Assembly (NCBI GenBank): GCA_036771335.1
Contig: DAIPHN010000001.1
Span: 1 to 52,877 of the forward strand
Reading direction: 5' to 3'
From: Burkholderiales bacterium
Lineage (GTDB): Bacteria; Pseudomonadota; Gammaproteobacteria; Burkholderiales; Ga0077523
DNA: 52,877 bases
The notes under the pieces were generated by a model, which saw only the letters and a list, made by a program, of their open reading frames with translations, had not been told where the DNA came from and searched no databases. The position numbers were made by a program, and so were the translations under genes. Below, in pieces: positions 1 through 7,138 of this stretch (positions within the stretch are counted from its first letter, which is position 1; each line of letters opens with the position of its first letter).

Positions 1-275
1 ACGTGCTGCTGCTGGACGAACCCTCCAACGACCTGGACGTGGAAACTCTGCGGGCCCTGGAAGACGCGCTGCTGGAGTTCGCGGGCTGCGTGCTGTGCAT
101 CTCCCACGATCGCTGGTTCCTGGACCGCATCGCCACTCACATCCTCGCCTGCGAAGGCGATTCCCAGTGGGTGTTCTTCGACGGCAACTACCAGGAATAC
201 GAAGCCGACAAGCGCCGGCGGCTGGGCGAGGAGGGCGCCAAGCCCCACCGCATCCGCTTCAAGCCGTTGAAGTGA
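1..275 (+). CDS. ettA: ABC-F ATPase, EttA-like, C-terminal fragment (5' end lies outside the window)
   Basis: The ORF is open from the window edge. LLLDEPSNDLDVETL (Walker B/D-loop) and ISHDRWFLDRIATHIL are typical of the second ABC domain of EttA/YjjK. Stop is TGA at 273-275. Confidence 0.8.
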   Translation, partial: VLLLDEPSNDLDVETLRALEDALLEFAGCVLCISHDRWFLDRIATHILACEGDSQWVFFDGNYQEYEADKRRRLGEEGAKPHRIRFKPLK

Positions 276-284
276 GACGTGGCT

Positions 285-310
285 GGGCGCCGGGGGCGCC
301 CGGTGTTTCC
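285..310. terminator. GC hairpin between convergent ettA and the SDR gene, a possible bidirectional terminator
   Basis: GGGCGCC (285-291), loop GGG, GGCGCCC (295-301), then GGTGTTTCC. Confidence 0.4.
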
Positions 311-326
311 GGCGCGGCGGGCGGCC

Positions 327-1082
327 TCAGCCCCGCCCCACGAACGGCATCTTCGTGGCCATGATGGTCATGAACTGCACATTGGCCTCGGCCGGCAGGC
401 TGGCCATGTGCAGCACCGCGCGGCCCACGTGGTCCACGTCCATGAGCGGCTCCACGGCGATCTCGCCGTTGGCCTGGGGTACGCCCTTGGCGGCGCGGGC
501 GATCATCTCTGTGGCGGCGTTGCCGATGTCGATCTGGCCGCAGGCGATGTCGTACTTGCGTCCGTCAAGCGAGGTGGACTTGGTGAGCCCCGTGATGGCG
601 TGCTTGGTGGAGGTGTAGGGGGCGGAATTGGGGCGAGGCGCGTGGGCCGAGATGGAACCGTTGATGATGATGCGTCCGCCGCGCGGGTCCTGGTCCTTCA
701 TCAGCCGGAAGGCCTGCTGGGTGCACAGGAAGACGCCGGTGAGGTTGATGTCCACCACGTTCTTCCACTGCTCGTAGGTGAGGTCTTCCAGCGCGATGCC
801 GGGCGCATTCACCCCGGCGTTGTTGAACAGCACATCCAGCCGGCCGAAGGCGGACTTCACCGTGTCGAACAGTGCCTTCACCGAAGCCGGATCCGCCACG
901 TCGGTTGGCACGGGCAACGCCCGGGCTCCAGCGCCCGCCTGCGCCGCCACCTGTTCCAGTGCATCACGGCGCCGGCCCGCCAGCGCCACGCTGTAGCCGT
1001 CGGCCAGAAAGGCGAGCGCCACCGACTTGCCGATGCCCGTGCCCGCGCCGGTGATGACGGCGATCTTGCCCTTGGAATTCAT
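327..1082 (-). CDS. Short-chain dehydrogenase/reductase (SDR) family oxidoreductase
   Basis: Internal Met at [20 protein letters not shown] (TGxxxGxG Rossmann motif). NNAG and a Y..TK catalytic region are present. The upstream part of the 396-aa track ORF is Arg/Pro-rich junk. Confidence 0.9.
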   Translation of the reverse strand: MNSKGKIAVITGAGTGIGKSVALAFLADGYSVALAGRRRDALEQVAAQAGAGARALPVPTDVADPASVKALFDTVKSAFGRLDVLFNNAGVNAPGIALEDLTYEQWKNVVDINLTGVFLCTQQAFRLMKDQDPRGGRIIINGSISAHAPRPNSAPYTSTKHAITGLTKSTSLDGRKYDIACGQIDIGNAATEMIARAAKGVPQANGEIAVEPLMDVDHVGRAVLHMASLPAEANVQFMTIMATKMPFVGRG

Positions 1083-1225
1083 GCGCTTTTCCCCCTTGGT
1101 ATGACGCGTCCCGGACGGCGCAGAGCGCGCGCCGGGCCGCGATAAAGCCGCGGATGGTAGCGCAGCGCTGCGGTTATGGCGCCGCGGCGCAACACCCCCG
1201 CGGCGGGGGGGCGTCCGCGGGGGCC

Positions 1226-1363
1226 TCACATGCCCGTGGCCACCTTGGTGGGGCAGGCCACCATTCGGGCTTCGATGTCGTCGTCGGCAACAACGGCGGC
1301 ACAGGGCAGCGTGAGGCTGGCCGCCAGGACAGAGGCGGGCAGGGAAACGCGAAAGGGGTTCAT
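1226..1363 (-). CDS. Candidate 45-aa small exported peptide ([45 protein letters not shown])
   Basis: ATG at 1361-1363 is preceded by AAGGAGAAGACGCC, a strong SD at good spacing. The N-terminus looks like a signal peptide. It lies 143 nt upstream of the SDR gene on the same strand. Confidence 0.3.
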   Translation of the reverse strand: MNPFRVSLPASVLAASLTLPCAAVVADDDIEARMVACPTKVATGM

Positions 1364-1552
1364 GGCGTCTTCTCCTTGAAGTGCGCGGAAAGGCTCTGTG
1401 CATCCCGAAGCGCGACCGATTTCCCGCCCGCCACCCGGCTGGTGCGTCAAAGGGGCGGCGTGCTCGGCTCACGCTGAAGGCAAGGCGCCCGCACCTGGCC
1501 CCATGACGATGCTGCACGGCGCGGCGCCACGGTCAACGCATGGACTCGCACC

Positions 1553-1665
1553 GATTCGGAGGTTCCGGAAGGGTGAGGGCTGACCCTCTGCGGGATGCCG
1601 CCCCGGGGCTGTTGGGGGGGTGTTCAACCGCGACCAGGTCGCACCCGAAGATGCCGGTCCATCGC
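1553..1665 (+). repeat. Repeat copy E (short, degraded, weakest copy)
   Basis: GATTCGGAGGTTCCGG and CTCTGCGGGATGCCGCC match blocks of copies A and B (B has ATCTGCGGGATGCGGCC). TTCAACCGCGACC resembles the TTGACCGCTCGAACC promoter block. It ends at the pnkp stop codon. Confidence 0.35.
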
Positions 1666-4218
1666 CTACAGCCGCGGGTCCACAGGCTCGCTTTCCATTG
1701 CCAGCACTCCGAAGACACACTCGTGTACGCGGCGAAGGGGCTCGCCCCTTACAAATCGCTCAAGTCCCTCGATGCCGAGCGCAAACTCGCGAATCGCGAG
1801 GCTTCGCTTTCTTGCGACGCTGCGTTCCCTCAGGCGGCCGAGATTGTCAGGCCGCGTGTACTCGGGGCCGTAGATGATCCGGAGGTACTCCGGACCGCGC
1901 GACTTGATCGCGGGCTGGCTGAGCCCCCGCGCGCCCATGTGGACAAATGCAGCTGGCTTGACCACCATGCCCTCACCTCCAGCGCTGGTGAGTTGTTCCC
2001 ACCAATCGATGACAGCGCGAGTCTGCGCCTCATCCGCCAATCGCGCGGTCAGGAACGGGGTTGCGCTCAGCAGAGACGGGTCGGCTTCACACAGACGGTG
2101 GAGCATCGTCATGTGCCAAACGTGGTCTTTGTCCACGTGGACGGCGCCCTCGCTCGCAAGCAGGTGGAATGGCGCCACGCGGATGTCATTGATGCCCGCA
2201 ACAGGCCAGCAGTAACGTCGGTATGCTTGAACGTACTGTCGTGCGGCTGTCTCGCGCTCACTGAGGGATTCAATCAGTCCCGCGACTTCAAGCCCCCGTG
2301 ACGCCGCCTGAGCTGCCAGGGCATGAGCGGCGCCCAAAGCAGCCGTGGCGGCCGCGCCCGTGGGCGCGTACTGCGTCCGCAGCAAGTCCTCGGCCTTGAC
2401 TGACCAAGGCATCACTTCGCAATCAAGGCAAAACCAGTCTGAAGCGAATTCGGACCAGAAGCCAACCCCCTCCAGCGCTTCACCAAGTCGGTCTAGCACC
2501 GCCGCCTGGAGGGCGGCGTCCGCGAAGAACCGCCGCCCGGTTCGGGTGTAGACCATTCCGCGCGCGCCGTCGTCGACACCAAACCGCGACCTCGCGACCG
2601 ACGAATCCCGCGCGATGACGACGACAGCCCGCGAGCCCATGTGCTTCTCTTCGCACACCACGCTATCCACGCCCACGCGACGGAAATAATCGAGGGCTTC
2701 TTCCGGGCGTTCGAGGAAGCCTTCCGCCGTGCTCGTTTCGCTCGGCGACATGGTGGGGGGCAGGTAGATCAGCCACTTGGGGTTCGCCGCGAAGCGACTC
2801 ATGACTTCCAGCGCCGCGATCGCGTTCTCTTCCCGGACCGTGATCGTCCGGCACAAACGGGTATCGATGATTCGCTTACCGACCACATCCTCCAGATCGA
2901 GGAGATCATCCTGCGCCTGTTGCGCCGTCAGACCATCACTCTTGGCTGGGCGTAGTGGGCGCAGCGGCTCGTAGTAAATGCGCTTGGCGGCAACGGCAAC
3001 GAGCTCTCGCTCCGGATACCGCAGGGCGGTGAGCCTGCCGCCAAACACGCAACCCGTGTCGATGCAAATGGTGTTGTTGAGCCACTGCGCTTCGGGAACG
3101 GGCGTGTGCCCGTACACGACCGTTGCCTTGCCGCGGTACTCGGACGCCCAGTTGTAGCGCACCGGCAGCCCGTACTCGTCGGTCTCTCCGGTCGTCTCGC
3201 CGTACAGGGCGAACTGGCGCACCATTGAGGACCCGCGGCCGTGCATTGTTTCGCGCAGGCCAGCGTGCGCCACTACGAGGCGCCCGTCGTCGAATACATA
3301 ATGGCTCACGAGCCCGTCGAGGAATTCGGCGCAGAAGGCACGGAACTCATTGGGGTGGCGCTTCATCTGCTCCATGGACTCCGCCAGCCCATGGGATAGC
3401 TTCACGTCCCGTCCGCGCAGGGCACGGGACAGCTTTACGTCGTGGTTGCCAGCCACGCAGAAGCCCTGACCCGCCGCGACGAGATCGGACACCAGGCGAA
3501 TCACCTCGGGAGAGTCCGGACCTCGATCGACGAGATCGCCGACGAACACCAGTTTGCGTCCCTGTGGGTGTTGAACCCTGAAGTGGCCGTCTTCCGTTTC
3601 GCAGCGATACCCGAGCAAGCCAATCAGCTCAAGTGTTTCGGCCAGACAGCCGTGTACATCGCCGATGATGTCGAACGGGCCGCGTTCGGCCTTTTTGTTG
3701 TTCCACAAAGGCTCACGGCGAATCGTGAGGCCGGTCAGGTCCTCGGGAGAGCGGAACACGTGCACATGCCGAAAGCCCTCGCGCTCGAGACCGCGAAGGG
3801 ACCGCCGCAATTGGGACACCTGATTGCGGATGACGTGGTCGCCGAAGTCGCGGTCGGGCCTTGCCTCGTTGCGCTGTCGGCAGAGCGCCTCTGGCATGTC
3901 GAGTACGAGCGCCACTGGGAGGCAGTGGTGCTCACGGGCGAGCGCAACCAGTGGCTTGCGCGCCTCGGGCTGGACGCTCGTCGCGTCGATCACGGTGAGG
4001 CGGCCAGCCCGGAGGCGGCGCGCCGCGATGAAGTGCAGAACCTCGAAGGCGTCCTTGGTGGCTTCCTGAGCATTTTCGTCGTCGGAAACCATCCCGCGGC
4101 ACGCGTCGGACGACACGATCTCGGTCGTCCTAAAGTGCTGGCGCGCAAACGTCGACTTCCCCGACCCCGAAGCACCGATGAGAACGACGAGAGCGAGTTC
4201 GGGGATCTGGATTTCCAT
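1666..4218 (-). CDS. pnkp: Polynucleotide kinase-phosphatase (bacterial Pnkp: kinase + metallophosphatase + ligase-like adenylyltransferase)
   Basis: N-terminal P-loop GASGSGKST. Calcineurin-type phosphatase motifs GDVHGC, GDLVDRGP and GNHD. A C-terminal nucleotidyltransferase region with EEKHMGSR. Length 850 aa. Its start lies 3 nt after the hen1 stop. Confidence 0.9.
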   Translation of the reverse strand: MEIQIPELALVVLIGASGSGKSTFARQHFRTTEIVSSDACRGMVSDDENAQEATKDAFEVLHFIAARRLRAGRLTVIDATSVQPEARKPLVALAREHHCLPVALVLDMPEALCRQRNEARPDRDFGDHVIRNQVSQLRRSLRGLEREGFRHVHVFRSPEDLTGLTIRREPLWNNKKAERGPFDIIGDVHGCLAETLELIGLLGYRCETEDGHFRVQHPQGRKLVFVGDLVDRGPDSPEVIRLVSDLVAAGQGFCVAGNHDVKLSRALRGRDVKLSHGLAESMEQMKRHPNEFRAFCAEFLDGLVSHYVFDDGRLVVAHAGLRETMHGRGSSMVRQFALYGETTGETDEYGLPVRYNWASEYRGKATVVYGHTPVPEAQWLNNTICIDTGCVFGGRLTALRYPERELVAVAAKRIYYEPLRPLRPAKSDGLTAQQAQDDLLDLEDVVGKRIIDTRLCRTITVREENAIAALEVMSRFAANPKWLIYLPPTMSPSETSTAEGFLERPEEALDYFRRVGVDSVVCEEKHMGSRAVVVIARDSSVARSRFGVDDGARGMVYTRTGRRFFADAALQAAVLDRLGEALEGVGFWSEFASDWFCLDCEVMPWSVKAEDLLRTQYAPTGAAATAALGAAHALAAQAASRGLEVAGLIESLSERETAARQYVQAYRRYCWPVAGINDIRVAPFHLLASEGAVHVDKDHVWHMTMLHRLCEADPSLLSATPFLTARLADEAQTRAVIDWWEQLTSAGGEGMVVKPAAFVHMGARGLSQPAIKSRGPEYLRIIYGPEYTRPDNLGRLRERSVARKRSLAIREFALGIEGLERFVRGEPLRRVHECVFGVLAMESEPVDPRL

Positions 4219-4221
4219 GGG

Positions 4222-5634
4222 TCAGGCGGCTTCAAAGACGGCCATCTGCGTCGGGGGGCCAACGGTCTCGTCCACTGCACCAATGGCGTCGTACCGAACC
4301 GTGTAGCCGAATCGCGCCGCAATGGCTTCAGACCATTTCAAGAATTCTTGCCTCGTCCACTCGAAACGATGGTCGGGATGCCGGAACTGGCCGGCGGAAA
4401 GCGTCTCAAACAGCACGTTGTATTCGGCGTTCGGTGTGGTCACCACAACAGCGCGGGGCCGGGCATGCTCGAACACCACACGCTCCATGGCCCGAAGCCG
4501 TGCGGAATCGAGGTGTTCAATCACCTCGATCAGGGTGGCCACATCCAACCCCTCAAGGCGGCGATCGCGATACATCAGAGACCCGTGAATGAGCGTCACC
4601 CTGCTGCGAGCGGACGGCGCCAGTTGGTCGAGCCGAAGACGCTCCGCCGCGCGCTCGAGCGATCGAAGCGATACGTCCATGCCAGTGATTCGGGTGAGCT
4701 GCTTCAACGGCATGAGCGCGCGGATGAGGTGCCCCTCGCCGCAACCCAGATCGGCCACACTCTGCGCACCGAGGAGCGCCACCTCGCCGGCCACTTTCGC
4801 CATTCGTTGCGCGTTTAGACTGATCCCCTTCTCGATCAACTCTTCGCGCCCCGCCAATGGCATTACCGTATCCTCGTGCGCCTCGTCTGTATCTCCGGCG
4901 CTCGACGCCAGGCGATCGATGGCCTCCCGCGCGAGGCTCTTGCGGTGTTTCAGGTAGCGGCGTGCGATGGCTTCGCGCGCCGGATGCAGCGGCAGCCACT
5001 CGCCGCCCCGCCGAAGCAGCTTCTCCACCTCGTCCTCGCCGACCCAGTAGTGCTTCTCGTCGTCAAGGACTGGAATGAGAACGTTGAGATGGGCCAGAAG
5101 ATCCTTCAGCTTCAACGTGCCGCGCAGCCGGAGTTCGCAGTACCTGCTCGGCCCCCATTCCGGGAAACGCTCATCCAGGGGAAGAGGATTAACAGTAACC
5201 GCGTAGCCAAGGGGCTCGAAGAGCTGCCGGACCATGGACTCGCCGCCACGGCTTGGAAGCACAGGCAGGGTCGCCTCCAGAGGGATAGGCGATTCCGCCA
5301 GCGCAGGGCGATCCCTCGAACGGCCCGTGAGTGCGGAGCTGAAGACCTCAGAGATCGCGACCGAGAGGAAGGACGATGCAACGTACGGGCGATCATTCAC
5401 GTACTGAGTAAACACCCCGCCATCGCCGGTCGGCCTGGCCTTGCGGCGGACCACCCCGATGGGGTCAACTTCCAGCAGCAGGCATGCTGTGCACCGCTCG
5501 GCGGTTGCCTCCGGATAGAAGACCGTCGCAGAGCCGAATGACAGATCGAAGCGATGAACCCGACCGGGGTTCTTGAATAGCAGATACCCAAGATCGGTGG
5601 CCGGAGCCGACGTGGATGTGATAGTGAGCAGCAT
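4222..5634 (-). CDS. hen1: 3'-terminal RNA ribose 2'-O-methyltransferase Hen1
   Basis: MLLTITSTSAPATDLGYLLFKNPGRVH is the typical bacterial Hen1 N-terminus. The C-terminal SAM-MTase motif is VADLGCGEGHL. I chose Met73 of the 542-aa track ORF as the start. Confidence 0.9.
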   Translation of the reverse strand: MLLTITSTSAPATDLGYLLFKNPGRVHRFDLSFGSATVFYPEATAERCTACLLLEVDPIGVVRRKARPTGDGGVFTQYVNDRPYVASSFLSVAISEVFSSALTGRSRDRPALAESPIPLEATLPVLPSRGGESMVRQLFEPLGYAVTVNPLPLDERFPEWGPSRYCELRLRGTLKLKDLLAHLNVLIPVLDDEKHYWVGEDEVEKLLRRGGEWLPLHPAREAIARRYLKHRKSLAREAIDRLASSAGDTDEAHEDTVMPLAGREELIEKGISLNAQRMAKVAGEVALLGAQSVADLGCGEGHLIRALMPLKQLTRITGMDVSLRSLERAAERLRLDQLAPSARSRVTLIHGSLMYRDRRLEGLDVATLIEVIEHLDSARLRAMERVVFEHARPRAVVVTTPNAEYNVLFETLSAGQFRHPDHRFEWTRQEFLKWSEAIAARFGYTVRYDAIGAVDETVGPPTQMAVFEAA

Positions 5635-6041
5635 CTTCGAATGATGGCACAGGCCTTGGAAATCCGGCATTGCGAACTCAAGCGAAAAGCCTTCCGGGTT
5701 GTAGATCTGCAAGCAGGGTTTCCAGCACTCCAGGTGGCCGGGAACGTGTAGCAGACCCGGCGGCCTTTCAGCGCCAGTGCCATTCCAAATCCGGGGATCG
5801 GACCCGCGTTCGCATGGTGGTTGAAATGGAGGGTTCGGCAGCCACGTCATTTTCGGCGGCGAGGTCGGTGAGCCTCCGATTCGTCAGGGCGCAGTGTTGT
5901 TCAATCAAGGTATGGATTCGCTCAACCATGGCATTGCCGGCAAAACTGTGTCCGCGTCATCCCGTACCCACATCTTCCCTTCCGGCCAAGGCCCGAGCCA
6001 GCTGCGCCTCTGATGTGCGGCGCGCTCGTTTTGGAGACCCC

Positions 6042-6590
6042 ATGCACGACGTCCCAGCACTCGAGCAGCTTGAATGCCGTGTCTGGACCGAACTGGTCCG
6101 GGCGGTGGTTGACCGTCACCACGAATGGCGCACGCCGGTTCTGGCGAGTGTCGATGCCGGCGGGTTCCCTCAGGCGCGCACGGTGGTGCTGCGCCGGGCC
6201 GATCCGTCAGCGCGTGTGCTGGAGGTGTTCACTGACCGGCGCACGCCCAAAGTGGTGCAGTTGCAGACTGTCCCACAGGCTGTGGTGGTGTTCTGGAGCA
6301 GTCGCCTGCACTGGCAGTTGCGGGCGCAAGCCAGGGCGGAGGTACTGGCGGATGGGCCAACCGTCGACGAAGCTTGGGCGAGGCTTGCCCAGGGTGCCTC
6401 GGCGGCGGACTACCTCGCGCCCCGTACGCCAGGCACGCCCCTCGGGGTGGACGCCGGCGAGTCTGGTGGCGGCCACCATCTGGCCGTGCTGCGGTTCGAG
6501 GTGCTGAGCCTGGACTGGCTGGCGCTGCGGCGCGAAGGTCACCGGCGGGCGCGCATAGATACTGCTGGAGCCGTGTGGCTCGAGCCTTGA
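6042..6590 (+). CDS. Pyridoxamine 5'-phosphate oxidase-like (FMN-binding split-barrel) family protein
   Basis: ATG at 6042 is preceded by GGAG. The MHDVPALEQLECRVWTELVRAVVDRHHEWRTPVLASV...VVLRRAD pattern is typical of PNPOx-related proteins. Confidence 0.7.
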   Translation: MHDVPALEQLECRVWTELVRAVVDRHHEWRTPVLASVDAGGFPQARTVVLRRADPSARVLEVFTDRRTPKVVQLQTVPQAVVVFWSSRLHWQLRAQARAEVLADGPTVDEAWARLAQGASAADYLAPRTPGTPLGVDAGESGGGHHLAVLRFEVLSLDWLALRREGHRRARIDTAGAVWLEP

Positions 6591-6592
6591 CG

Positions 6593-6618
6593 GGTGTCGC
6601 GGCCTGAGCCGCGACACC
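6593..6618 (+). terminator. Perfect 11-bp stem hairpin directly after the PNPOx-like gene
   Basis: GGTGTCGCGGC / loop CTGA / GCCGCGACACC. There is no U-tract, which is common in high-GC genomes. Confidence 0.45.
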
Positions 6619-6646
6619 ATCCGCCCCCAGGCCTGAAGGCGCGGAG

Positions 6647-6935
6647 CATGCGCGCTGCAGCGCTCGCGCGAACCGGTGCGGGAATTGCCGTTGGAGCTCG
6701 GAGTCTGATCCGGGAGGAGCACGGCAACGGTTCCGGCAGAAACGAAAAATGCGCTCGGTCAGCCGACGCTCAGGGGCCGCAGGATGCGTCCGGTAGACGC
6801 TTATCCGGGCCAGTGCCCTGCTCGAATCGCAGCATAGGGGGAGGTCCGCCTTTCCAGTGCGGTTGACCGCTCGAACCGCGTTGAATAGACTGCGAAAACG
6901 GTTTCCCCATTCTCGAAATCTGAGGTGTTTCTCCG
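6647..6935 (+). repeat. Repeat copy A (full length, promoter intact)
   Basis: It aligns without gaps to copy B at an offset of 5235 nt (6678-6813 vs 11913-12048). By hand count about 107 of 136 positions are identical. It shares blocks with copies C, E and F. Confidence 0.8.
6863..6891 (+). promoter_or_regulatory. Sigma70-like promoter inside repeat A (TTGACC - 17 nt - TAGACT), facing the cyclase/PEGA gene
   Basis: The -35 is TTGACC at 6863-6868, the spacer is 17 nt, and the -10 is TAGACT at 6886-6891. Nearly the same sequence is present in copy C. Confidence 0.5.
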
Positions 6936-7058
6936 AAGCAAGCACGCTCGGGTCCAGGAGACGCAGCGAGTTGCGTTTTGCTCTAAACCCCCGTTGAAGC
7001 CAATTCGAGGGGACATGAAATGATCCAAAGGACCGTTCTTGTTCTGATTGCGTCGGTT

Positions 7059-7077
7059 ATCCGGCGCCGCGCCGGAT
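7059..7077 (+). other. Strong 8-bp hairpin in the putative 5' leader of the cyclase/PEGA gene
   Basis: ATCCGGCG / CCG / CGCCGGAT. Confidence 0.4.
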
Positions 7078-7138
7078 CGGGCGGGAACCGGTCGCCGCGC
7101 GGCCCTATGGCCCACGGATCATTCGGCGCGCGCCCGGT

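Noticed and set aside
3442-4818. A 458-aa + strand ORF lies antisense to pnkp and hen1. Similar long antisense or alternate-frame ORFs occur at 279-1145, 14412-15317, 19307-20401, 22275-24026, 22523-23857, 29537-31534, 34752-36005, 37854-39701, 39801-41096, 47891-48961, 49519-50625 and 50829-52655.
   Set aside because: These are typical high-GC shadow ORFs. Their translations are Arg/Gly/Ala/His/Pro-rich with no recognisable motifs. They cross gene boundaries of well-supported genes on the other strand, and every one overlaps a CDS with clear family signatures.
5768-5929. A 53-codon minus-strand ORF lies upstream of hen1. Its start, MVERIHTLIEQHCALTNRRLTDLAAENDV, resembles the beginning of an AraC-type HTH.
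   Set aside because: It is too short and ends after about 30 plausible residues. It has no SD and falls below the ORF-track threshold. It could be a remnant, but the evidence is a single weak motif.
6805-6820. A sigma54-type GG-N10-GC promoter might lie within the repeat (GGGCCAGTGCCCTGC in copy A).
   Set aside because: The match to TGGCAC-N5-TTGCA is poor. The GG/GC dinucleotides are not conserved in copy C.
6647-6935. The repeat element could be a structured RNA or riboswitch. I considered cobalamin, ykkC/guanidine-I, c-di-GMP-I, glycine, a group II intron 5' end (GTGCG in copy A), RNase P-like and 6S-like RNAs.
   Set aside because: Only scattered short resemblances exist, for example GGTTCCGG and GCCAGTG. 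Candidate helices in copy A (TTGCCGT/ACGGCAA and GCGTC/GACGC) are broken by non-compensatory changes in copies B and C, so covariation gives no support. I would still run cmscan/Infernal to be sure.
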